Shown piece after piece: positions 42,831 through 52,169 of a stretch of 64,000 nucleotides of DNA. A model generated the notes under the pieces. It did no database searches. It had not been told where the DNA came from and was given only the letters and a program-made list of their open reading frames with translations. The stretch comes from Cenarchaeum sp. (lineage in GTDB: Archaea; Thermoproteota; Nitrososphaeria; Nitrososphaerales; Nitrosopumilaceae): the NCBI GenBank assembly GCA_963692915.1, contig OY843584.1:1580827-1644826 (forward strand), written 5' to 3'. The translations under genes and the position numbers were made by a program. How positions within the stretch are numbered: the first letter of the stretch is position 1; every line of letters starts with the position of its first letter.

Positions 42831-43361
42831 TCATCTGACAAGATTTAATATTGTGCTTGCGGCTATGGCTATACTTGCCAGCATTCCAGCAGCAATGCCC
42901 ACAGTCTGTATCCATGGGAGACCCAACAGAGTCTTTGCCTGCGTGCCACTTGCCGCCTTTTTGGCCACTGCGCGTCTTTTGGCTTTATGACCATGTGTTG
43001 CTCGTGTGCGCCGTGATTGGGCACTCTTGACAGTCAGCGCCGTGTTTGCCCCCCTTACGCTAGTGCGGCTTGGGGCGCCTGTCCCAAAAATGCCTTGTGA
43101 CGCATGTCTTGCCATTCCTCTAGGCGCCTTTGATCCGGGGATAAATCCCGGCGGATCCGCCTGCTGTGGGTGCAGGGGGTTGCCCCCGAACGCCTGCATT
43201 GCCTGGGCCTCGCGCATCTCCCTTGGCCTCATGCGCCCTGGCTCGCCCCCGAACGCCTCCATTGCCTGGGCCTCGCGCATCTCCCTTGGCCTCATGCGTC
43301 CCATGGTGTTTGGGTTCATTGAGTCAGCTCGCTGATCGTTTGGGGTTGATCTTCTCATCAT
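42831..43361 (-). CDS. NPNN-peptide protein with 21-aa tandem repeat and C-terminal TM anchor
   Basis: STPNDQRADSMNPN; GRMRPREMREAQAM(E/Q)AFGG twice (63-bp period, 43182-43298). Confidence 0.7.
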   Translation of the reverse strand: MMRRSTPNDQRADSMNPNTMGRMRPREMREAQAMEAFGGEPGRMRPREMREAQAMQAFGGNPLHPQQADPPGFIPGSKAPRGMARHASQGIFGTGAPSRTSVRGANTALTVKSAQSRRTRATHGHKAKRRAVAKKAASGTQAKTLLGLPWIQTVGIAAGMLASIAIAASTILNLVR

Positions 43362-43723
43362 GCTATCGTCTAGCGACACTATAGCATGCCCCAAATTTAA
43401 GAGTTGTCCGATATTTGGCCCATATGATCAGAGTCTGGGCTGTCTGCCGGCCATGTTGCGCTGGTTCCAGAAGGGCCTGTAGGCCGCGAGTGCCCCGCCG
43501 ATCCGCCTTGAACGTAGTGCGCGCGTCATGCTCTAGAGCCAAACGTCATGGCATTCTTGGCCATATTGTCCGCCCCCTTGGGATCGCCGGCGCGCCCTTG
43601 CTGCTCGTTGTGCTATACCTAGCAGTCAGGGCATGGCGCAGCCTACGGCACGTGAGGTAGTCGATCCTGGGGTTATTACGATAGGTTTGCCATAACAGGC
43701 TATTCGGCCTAAATAATCCCCGG

Positions 43724-44671
43724 CTATGCTGTCATTGCGATGCTGGCCTTGAACCCGTATGGTTTTGCCCTGCCCGCATTGGTTGGCGGGCTCACGACGC
43801 TGCAATAGCGACCCACTGTAAACTCGTCATCCGTGCACGTGATCGTGGTCGGACCCGTGATGAACAGTGGGCCATACATGTGTGACGTGACGTATGCGAC
43901 GTTCTCAGGGATGCGCTCGTGGCCTATTATGCGCACGCCCATGTGGTCGATCACATTATCGGCTATTATTGCTGACATTTCTGGAATGCCTTCTGAGATC
44001 AGCGAGTTGAATACAGCGTGATTTATGAACACAGTGTCCAATTCCATACCTCCCTGCTCGTCGTTCATCTTTCGCACAAAACCCCATAGGTGAGTTAGAG
44101 TTTGCGATCCGCCATACTTGAATGTGGCTTTGAAGGGATACAGCTGATCCAAAGCCTCAAGGCAGGCATTGTTTTCACATGACCATATCGGCCACATCAT
44201 TCCCTCCACAAAAGTCTCAACATCAAACTGGTCAAATCCGTCACGCGGAACTGAAAAGCGCACAGGGGTCATCTTTGGCATGTGTGCATATGAGCGCGTT
44301 GACGGTTCTCCTCGGACGTGACTGTCCTGCGTCAGGAACGGCACTGTGCCCTGCACTATGCCCTCGCTTTTGGTCATGCGGAATCCGAACGCTAATTGTC
44401 CGATTTTTGGAGATCCGGCGGGTGCGAATGTCGGCCATGCGGGATCCTGCGGTATCTCCCTTGAGATATCCTTGCTCCCCCCGGCACGGATCATGGTGTA
44501 ATAGTCGCCTGTATAATCCGCCGAGTTGGAGGAGGGCACAATGCCACGAAACTCGCCTCCCGGCAATATTGTGAGCAACATGCCCTGGCGCAGGAGCATT
44601 TCGCGAGCGTTATAGAGATGTTTCAGCACCGAGGGCAGCACGTTGTGGTTGCCTTTGCCATAATATTCCAT
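43724..44671 (-). CDS. HK97-fold major-capsid-like protein, subfamily 2
   Basis: FSVPRD..FDVE..IWSCEN, DTVFINH..F..L, GVRII..RIPENVAYV..FITGP. Confidence 0.5.
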   Translation of the reverse strand: MEYYGKGNHNVLPSVLKHLYNAREMLLRQGMLLTILPGGEFRGIVPSSNSADYTGDYYTMIRAGGSKDISREIPQDPAWPTFAPAGSPKIGQLAFGFRMTKSEGIVQGTVPFLTQDSHVRGEPSTRSYAHMPKMTPVRFSVPRDGFDQFDVETFVEGMMWPIWSCENNACLEALDQLYPFKATFKYGGSQTLTHLWGFVRKMNDEQGGMELDTVFINHAVFNSLISEGIPEMSAIIADNVIDHMGVRIIGHERIPENVAYVTSHMYGPLFITGPTTITCTDDEFTVGRYCSVVSPPTNAGRAKPYGFKASIAMTA

Positions 44672-44894
44672 GCGCACGGCCTGGCATGAAGGGGAGCGAT
44701 ATAAGCCTAGCAGAAAACCCAGAAAACGTCTCCGGGATGGGTGGTTTCGGGATACATTTGCCGTAGTTTGGATATTGCGCTACACGGGCAACAGGCACCC
44801 GGAGTCCTGTGGTAGCCACATATCCGGCCATTTTGCTCATATTTGGCCAATTGGGTGGCAAAGGCGTATATCCGGGACTCTTGTCTGCCTCTCC

Positions 44895-45839
44895 GTGTTT
44901 CCCGTAAATGGGGTTAGCCCGAGCTGGAAAGATCACGGTAATCTAATGACTACTTCCCTTAAACAAAATGGCGTATTCCACTGGGGCGACATTAGAACTG
45001 TGCTTGGCGAGTCTACGTATACAAAAATGCAGCGATTGAGGAACAATCGTATTTGGCTCGTCGACCATGCTGATGTGAGTCCAGGATCGAGAAACTCTGT
45101 GCTCGATTATGCCAGTGTCGCCAACGCCGAGCTGTACAATTATTTGACCAATCAGCACCTTACCTTTGCTCGGCCATTATTAAGTGATGCCCAATCACGC
45201 CAGACTCCGGGTAATCCAACATGCAATATGGTGGCTTTGGAAACTAAGGACTATGAACTAGAACACTATGTTGATCGAACGACACTAAACTCAGTCCATG
45301 ACAATTTTATGGTTGACATATTAGTGTCATTTTATGACGCGATTGCCCTACAGGCAGAATCTGCCGTTCACAATATAGTTGCCAAAATGAACGAAGAAAA
45401 CTTTGCTGATGTGGTGTCCATGAAACAAAACAGTGAGATAATGAAGATTGCCGAAGAAGATCCTCTAGACGCTAACAAGATTGCCGATGCTGCTAGCGCC
45501 ATAATCAGGCGCAATCCTGACGTTCCATATCCTCAGGGTTTGGTGTGCATGGTGTCTCCTGCGCAGGCCATGCAGCTATTTGACGAGTCAGCGGTACGCG
45601 CCGATCATCTGAACGTTTATGGAATTGATACAATCGTCAGCCCTGCAGTGGGATTTAACCGTGATTATCACAAGTATGAAGCCATAGTGACTCCAAAAAA
45701 GTCCATCTTGGTGGCGTTAAGCCTGCTGGAAATTGACGCAGTGCCGGATGGATCAGGAACGCACATTAGGGCACAATATGCCCTAGGAGTCACAATTGAC
45801 CCGTCAAAGGCAGTAAAGATCATATCGTGGAGAGAATAA
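44895..45839 (+). CDS. HK97-fold major-capsid/encapsulin-like protein
   Basis: SVLDYA, VDRTTL..NFMVDIL..AIALQAE, VCMVSP, VYGIDTIVSP, GVTIDPSKAVKI; start uncertain. Confidence 0.6.
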   Translation: MFPVNGVSPSWKDHGNLMTTSLKQNGVFHWGDIRTVLGESTYTKMQRLRNNRIWLVDHADVSPGSRNSVLDYASVANAELYNYLTNQHLTFARPLLSDAQSRQTPGNPTCNMVALETKDYELEHYVDRTTLNSVHDNFMVDILVSFYDAIALQAESAVHNIVAKMNEENFADVVSMKQNSEIMKIAEEDPLDANKIADAASAIIRRNPDVPYPQGLVCMVSPAQAMQLFDESAVRADHLNVYGIDTIVSPAVGFNRDYHKYEAIVTPKKSILVALSLLEIDAVPDGSGTHIRAQYALGVTIDPSKAVKIISWRE

Positions 45840-45840
45840 C

Positions 45841-47022
45841 GTGGATTCTGCTAAGGCTTCTGATAATGCTGATAACATTGATCCTGCACAGAACCTCAAG
45901 TGTAAAAATTGTCCTGCATGGCTTCGGATGATATTTGAGCAATACCTCAGTCGCGCGGGGGACATAGTGGTGAATAGCAAGCTTCCCATTCTTGAATGTC
46001 CGTCATGCCATAACATCGTAATACCTTCATACACAAAAAAAGCAGCTCAAAACGCCGAGTTATGTGACAGTGGTGAATATGCGCCTACCATTGAGAACTT
46101 GAGGTTTGACTTCTGCCCAAACATCGAATTTGTGTATTCAAGCATTGATTGGGAGGTAATTCCAGGTTTAAAGCAGTCAGAATATGGGATTGATGGATAC
46201 TATGTGCCGGTATTTTTTAAAAAACACGTGCTGCTAAAATATGTGATTCTTGAGTATCCTATGGAGTATTTCAAGGATGGTGGCAGCATACACTTTTCCA
46301 ACGGACACGATCTTGAATATGGCATAAATCGAAATGGCCTACTTTTCTGTTGGCTTGGTGATCTAGACAAGATTCCTGTAGCCGAGCAGCACTATATGTT
46401 CTCAGAAAATGTCGAGTCTGACCATGATGTGGTATCTGGCTTGTACATGAAATCTCGTCTAAACCTGACACCTGGAGCGACGAATGAGCAACTGTTAGAT
46501 CGTTCGATGACTCGCCTCAACAAGACGATGCAGTCTAAATTCCATTTCAAGCTGCATGCTCTCAATCCGGTAGAGATACAACTTTTGGAAAAATTAGCCA
46601 AGCCGGTTGTTTGGAATGACTATGTCGCTGTTACAATTATTGGGGTTATGAAAGTGCACATTGAATCTCTCGATGAAGATATGCTTAACTCTGATCTTAG
46701 GAGTTTAGACAAACATGCCAAAAAATTAAAGTGTTTACAGCTTATGGATGCATGGCTTCAATCCAAGATTACTGAAAATATTTCAAATATAATAAAACCA
46801 TTCAAGATTCTTATTGTGTGGCGAAACATATTTGCTCATAAATCCAAACTAAAAACTAAAAAAACGCTGTATTGGTGCAACGTTGAGATGGGACTATCGG
46901 GGGATGCTAAACCAGAAGTGTTATACGATACTATAATTGAAAAGATGGTAGAGTCATATGACCATATCGAACATGCTCTGGCGGAGTATGAATTTGAGAC
47001 TCCCATAATTTTTGTCAAATAG
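45841..47022 (+). CDS. Zn-ribbon protein with C-terminal HEPN-like R-x4-H motif
   Basis: CKNC..CPSC; VPVFFK..LLKY..YGINRNG..WLGDL; WRNIFAH. Confidence 0.75.
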   Translation: MDSAKASDNADNIDPAQNLKCKNCPAWLRMIFEQYLSRAGDIVVNSKLPILECPSCHNIVIPSYTKKAAQNAELCDSGEYAPTIENLRFDFCPNIEFVYSSIDWEVIPGLKQSEYGIDGYYVPVFFKKHVLLKYVILEYPMEYFKDGGSIHFSNGHDLEYGINRNGLLFCWLGDLDKIPVAEQHYMFSENVESDHDVVSGLYMKSRLNLTPGATNEQLLDRSMTRLNKTMQSKFHFKLHALNPVEIQLLEKLAKPVVWNDYVAVTIIGVMKVHIESLDEDMLNSDLRSLDKHAKKLKCLQLMDAWLQSKITENISNIIKPFKILIVWRNIFAHKSKLKTKKTLYWCNVEMGLSGDAKPEVLYDTIIEKMVESYDHIEHALAEYEFETPIIFVK

Positions 47023-47068
47023 GATTATCTTGTGCTCTGATATGCCTGTGCTATTTCACACGTGGGGC

Positions 47069-47335
47069 TCAACATCGCACCCCAAAGTGCCTTATCTGCC
47101 TCTTGGAGAGCGCTTTACGGAGAAGGCCGCTGCGCGAATTTGTGTGAAATATGTGCTCAAACTCTATGGCCACCATCTCTCGCGGCGCATATGCCTCGAT
47201 GTGGCAGTCGCAGACTCGCAGGTCTGCCATCTTGCCCTTATCAATGGCCGGCTCTGGCTCTACCTCTTTTACGAGTGCGCAGAGATGGACATAGAGGCGC
47301 ATCTCAAAGACATATTGTAGGAACTTACAGTTGCG
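47069..47335 (-). pseudogene. Internal fragment of the 31817-type nuclease
   Basis: FLQYVFEMRLYVHL..ADLRV..ALSKRQIRHFG without N- or C-terminus. Confidence 0.8.
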
Positions 47336-47339
47336 CAAT

Positions 47340-48987
47340 TCACCTGATTCTAATGTGCTAAAATTTATTGATGGCCAGCAGCGCGTGACAACTGTTGCCC
47401 TGTTTCTCATATGCGCCCGCAATTTTTTCTATGAGCGACGAAATGACTCGTTGCTTGCCTCTAGGCACTATAAGACTCTCCAAACGTACCTTTACAGATC
47501 CACTGACACAAAAAATCGCCGAACGTCTGATCACCTGCTCACACTAAGCCGTCCCAACAGAGAACTGTTCCAAATTTTGATTGACAACCCTGCCGTCCAA
47601 AAAGAGACGGTTCAGCAGCACGCCGATCAAAATTCTCCAAACATGCGTCTTGTGGAAGCCTACCTCTATTTGACACGCTGGCTTAATTCTAAAGCTTCTT
47701 CCAAAGCTTCTTCCAAAGCTTCTTCCAAAGCTGACGAAATCAAAGAAGTCTATGCATTGGTTCGAACCCTTCTCACAAAATTCAGTGTCTATAAAAATGA
47801 GTCTGCTGATCGTAAACTTGCACAGCGAATTTTCAAGCTGGTAAACCATCGAGGCCGCAAGCTAGACATGTCTGATCTTGTAAAAAACTATCTGTTTGAC
47901 GAGTTGGACAGCAATGCTGAAAAGATAAACATCGACGCCTATGATGACCAATGGGGCGATATTGTCAATAATGTGACAAACGAAATGACCGGAGTCAAGA
48001 TGGACCACTTTTTGCACCATTATCTAATCGTGTCTGCCGGCTATAATTCGATCCCCATTAAATCAAATCACAAGCGCATGTATTTTACATTCGAAAAACT
48101 CGTGGAACGCCAGCTCCAAACCCCCAAAGCCATAATTGGCGAGTTGCGCAACTGGTCTGAAATACTTGAAATTGTCCGTAATCCCGCACATCCCGACCAC
48201 TTTCCCAAACACCCAAACATCGCCTATTATCTTGCGCGCCTGAAATCCCTGAGCGTCACTCCGGCGTATCCGGCAATCCTGCTCGGCTATACCGAATACT
48301 GGAAAAAGCGTCAAACGCGGCTATTTGAGGCGCTCCTGATGCTGTGCTTCAAGTATCATATCAGGGTTCAGCTGGTCACCAAGATGAGCCCCAGTGTGTA
48401 CGGGCGCACGATGAGTGACATTGCCGATGACATACACCGTGGAAAAGACCTGGACCAGATTATTGTGGATCTGATGAACACCAACCAAAAATATCCAAAC
48501 CGCAACATCATACGAGACATGCTAAAAGACAGGACTCTCAACTCTCGCGCCCCTGCCATTGCCATGTTGGAGGAGGCAGAATACCCTTCGGCCTCCACCC
48601 TGCGCCCGATGGAGGAGCCATCCCTTGAGCACATAATGCCCCGGATCCTAGACAAGGACTGGCACAGCCATGTCATACAGCACAATGGCATTGACCCCAC
48701 CAACCCTGCCCGCTCTGATGACGCGGTGAACAATTACCACCGTCGGCATGTTGACTATATGGGCAACCAGACGCTCCTGCTGCCAGGGGAGAATGGCTCA
48801 CTCTCCAACAAGTCATACGACAAGAAAAGGCTAGTTTACGGAAAACAGCACGTTCAGGATAACGGGCACGCTGCCCCGCTTTACAGTCTGGGATCATGAA
48901 AGCATTATGAGCAGGCAGAAAAGACTTGCGTCAAGGATCACCTCATCCATAGACCTGGGCACGGTTATTGACCATATACGGTCATAG
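47340..48987 (+). pseudogene. GmrSD-like DUF262-DUF1524 nuclease, 5'-truncated with a frameshift near 48840
   Basis: IDGQQRVTT, IF..VN.RG..L..DLVKN, LEHIMP, GNQTLL..N..LSNK; alternative frame restores W..ESI..RQ..LA. Confidence 0.8.
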
Positions 48988-49217
48988 GTGGCCCATTACA
49001 CGGGTCTGTTTTTGTGGGAGTGCGCGCACTTGGCGATCGTTGCCTGTTTGCAGGTGCCTTTCTGGCATTGTGCGGACTCTGCTACATGGGGCGCTCTGAG
49101 ATCCCTGGGATTGAACAACGCGTCCATCTGCTGTTCTAGAGGCTGCGCCCGAGGCGGCTATTTTGGTGAAATGTTCTGGCCTCCGGGGACGCCTGCCCTA
49201 ACTGACCTGTATTGGTT

Positions 49218-50267
49218 TTAGGGGTTTTGGAAACGCACATATGAATTGCCGTTTAGACGATTAATCTGCTCTTCATACCAATATTGATCGCGTATGTATC
49301 CCATGTTTCTCCTACCATGGTCCCCATCCCTATACGTGTCTTGAGAATAATAGTATCGTATTCTCTGTTGAAGCTTTGAAATCATAAACCCCGCCTCAAA
49401 TATCCATTTTTTCACCATGTCTTTCTTTTGGTAATACGTCGGCGTAAATTCAGATGGGTATCGGGCGTCTTCATGAACATATAGCGCATAGTACCTCCAT
49501 GTCCACACGTCATCTAGAAAATCATACATTGTTTTTACCTTGCGAATTTCCCATGTTGACAAGAGGTCTTCTATGTTGTCTTTAAACTCCACCTCACTCC
49601 AACTAATTGCTGATCTGTAATTGCGCATGGGTCCCAATATTTCACTTGGCTGAAATTGCAAAGGACGTAGTTGTTTGCATATGTACTCGTAATAGCGTTC
49701 AGGATCTAGCGTTTCATGTATATTTGCCAACTCTGTCCACACATCCATGCCAATTCCGTTTGCAATCAAACTCGGTGTTTCTTTGATGTATTCCAACACT
49801 GCGGACTTTGCTGGGTTTACACATATGCCTAATGTGATATTTTTCAGTTCATTCCGGTGCTCATCCCTGTTTAGCAATCTGTTAAACTGCCTTCCTAATT
49901 TGTTTGTAAAAATATCGTGCCTGTAATCTTTGGGATTGAAACTATCATCAAATGCAGCATAATATACCATGATGGCCTTGATCTCCTTTTCCATCGCCTG
50001 CTGGGCATGATACATTGCAATTGCCGGACTCTTGTCCACTATTCTAGCTGCCTGCTCTATATCATAATTGGAATATTGTTCCCAAACACAATGCCACCCC
50101 CATGCGTGATGTAGCCTCTTTATGATCTCTGCCTTGAATTCCCTAGTTTTCATATTGCGCATACTTGCTAATGATTTATCATCTGCAACCCCGCCCTTCT
50201 CGCTCTCCCTGCCGTGATCTCTCACGTTGCCATCTGGACCATCCCTCTGCCACTCCCCTTCTTCCAC
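49218..50267 (-). CDS. Long HEPN-domain protein (divergent)
   Basis: AMYHAQQAMEKEIKA..RHDIF..HEDARYP. Confidence 0.82.
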   Translation of the reverse strand: MEEGEWQRDGPDGNVRDHGRESEKGGVADDKSLASMRNMKTREFKAEIIKRLHHAWGWHCVWEQYSNYDIEQAARIVDKSPAIAMYHAQQAMEKEIKAIMVYYAAFDDSFNPKDYRHDIFTNKLGRQFNRLLNRDEHRNELKNITLGICVNPAKSAVLEYIKETPSLIANGIGMDVWTELANIHETLDPERYYEYICKQLRPLQFQPSEILGPMRNYRSAISWSEVEFKDNIEDLLSTWEIRKVKTMYDFLDDVWTWRYYALYVHEDARYPSEFTPTYYQKKDMVKKWIFEAGFMISKLQQRIRYYYSQDTYRDGDHGRRNMGYIRDQYWYEEQINRLNGNSYVRFQNP

Positions 50268-50554
50268 CTTGCTCCATCTTGCGACTGTTTGATATTAACT
50301 ATCCCTGTTCGGTAGTCGCTCATGCGCCTAACCGGAGCCTGCCGAAGACGGTCTTTGAGGCACGCGCACCAGTTTGACGCGATTCCGGTCGTGGCCAAGG
50401 AGCTCATATGTACGATCTAGTCGCTGACCCCATATACCATCAGGCGTCTGTCTCAACTAGCGTCATCACGCACGAGTCCCATATTGGCGTGTTGGTGCTG
50501 TGATCGGCCAACCGTGGGGAACCCCTAGTGTTCAATATGGGCAATAATTGCAGG

Positions 50555-50725
50555 CTATCGGCGAAGCCCTTCGCGCAGGATCGCAAGCCCCACCATCCAG
50601 GCAATGTCAGTCCAAGTCACGCTCCCCGGACCGTGCTGGATCACCTTGGCCCCAAGCATGATAGTCGAGCCGATAGCCGCACCATCCACAATGTCGCGCG
50701 CGTCGTCCTTGTTCACGTGCAGCGT
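50555..50725 (-). pseudogene. Copy of the 39261-39431 small gene with start codon changed to ACG
   Basis: About 200-bp near-duplicate of 39250-39457. Confidence 0.6.
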
Positions 50726-50761
50726 ATGGTAAGGACAGAATTTAAGGGTTTTATAGGATGC

Positions 50762-50805
50762 GTATGGGGTCAGTACCCGTGCCAGATCAAGGGGGGGGGG
50801 GGGGG
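50762..50805. repeat. Solo MITE end followed by a G15 tract
   Basis: GTATGGGGTCAGTACC; G15 at 50791-50805. Confidence 0.7.
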
Positions 50806-50864
50806 CCGGCTCAGGCGACTGAGAGGATCGTCAAGTTAATAAATAACGTAGTAAAAGGAGGCGT

Positions 50865-52127
50865 GTGGCCTGGATTAGAGTCGTAGGCAGTAGGTGGGTC
50901 TATGTTGAAAGTAGTGTCAAAGATACGACACTGTTGGCAGACATGGATCCCGACTGGCAAGATGGGCAGAAAGCATATGGCCAGAACCGGTTGCCCAGAG
51001 GCATCCGATTTGAGCCACCACTACAGCGCACACATGATGAAACCATAAAACGTCCCAGAGATGCCCAAGGCACATGGAATGCGGCAAATCCAAATAATGA
51101 GAGAACGGCGGATCAGCTATATCTAGCAAACATGGCATACGCCTTGTCAAAATATGGGGAGAGGTCGCCTGTAGAGAAATTGTTTAAACCAATACATATG
51201 AATCAATTCAAGGAACACACACCGGAATGTTCAAGATATGGAGTTTCTAGTCAGCCAACCTCAAATTCATACGATAGCGAACAAAATGACAAGAGTGCTC
51301 CGTATCGCGACAGATTTAGCCACAGAGTGTTAGTTGAACGTGATGATCTGTTGGATGGCATAATTGGCCTGCATACATATTATGCTAGAAAGTTAGCCCT
51401 GAAGCTCAATGAGGGTCGTCATCGTTCGGCGCTCAAGGCCATATGCAAAATAGGCAACGTCCAAGGCCACCTAGACATTAAAGATCGGTATGCGACAAAA
51501 TTGATAAATGACATGTTGATTCGAAATTCCCGCAAGGACAAAATTTCTATGACGCATCTAATCTTAAATTTAGAGACATTTATACGACTTGTAAAAAATG
51601 CGCAAGGATATGCTCATTACAGTTCGCAGCATCCAACGCAGCTCGAACACGGATCAGCATCAATACCCGGACTTTCCCATCTGACCACACTAGTCGATCC
51701 CAGCATGCCAGGCGACAGGATTACGTTTGTAAATCCAGAATGGGCGCTGTCTCTCCGCGAAGGTCCAATCTGGCTAGGTATTGATCGTAGACCTGACACA
51801 TGCCAATTAAGTGTTATAGATGACTGTGAATTTAATGTAATAGACAGAGAGCCGAAAACCGATCGTAAATTTGGCATGACATTGTTAGTGAAGGAACCCG
51901 AGGAGCAAACGTCAGATTCGTTTGAACATGCGAGATCACCCGCGTCACGTCCACGTGTACATCCCATGTTACGACAATGTGTCAATGGGGCACTATCAAG
52001 GATTGAGCTCAGAACGCAGCCATATGGTTGGATTGTAGATCGGATAGTGGAGAACTGGGAGTTGGTCGAACACTACTTTCAAGGACGTGTGTCAAGAGTT
52101 GGCCAAGGCATACTGCTTTCACAGTAA
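50865..52127 (+). CDS. HK97-fold major-capsid-like protein, subfamily 2
   Basis: VLVERDDLLD..YARKLALKL, THLILN.ETF..L, PGL..TLVDPSMP..FVNP..LREGP; TTAATAAATA box upstream. Confidence 0.55.
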   Translation: MAWIRVVGSRWVYVESSVKDTTLLADMDPDWQDGQKAYGQNRLPRGIRFEPPLQRTHDETIKRPRDAQGTWNAANPNNERTADQLYLANMAYALSKYGERSPVEKLFKPIHMNQFKEHTPECSRYGVSSQPTSNSYDSEQNDKSAPYRDRFSHRVLVERDDLLDGIIGLHTYYARKLALKLNEGRHRSALKAICKIGNVQGHLDIKDRYATKLINDMLIRNSRKDKISMTHLILNLETFIRLVKNAQGYAHYSSQHPTQLEHGSASIPGLSHLTTLVDPSMPGDRITFVNPEWALSLREGPIWLGIDRRPDTCQLSVIDDCEFNVIDREPKTDRKFGMTLLVKEPEEQTSDSFEHARSPASRPRVHPMLRQCVNGALSRIELRTQPYGWIVDRIVENWELVEHYFQGRVSRVGQGILLSQ

Positions 52128-52169
52128 CCGCTCATTTACACAAATCTACACGAGTCAGGCACGTGTTTT

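Noticed and set aside
25006-52127. Intact provirus
   Set aside because: No terminase, portal, tail, replication or integrase genes recognised; capsid-like genes are scattered on both strands
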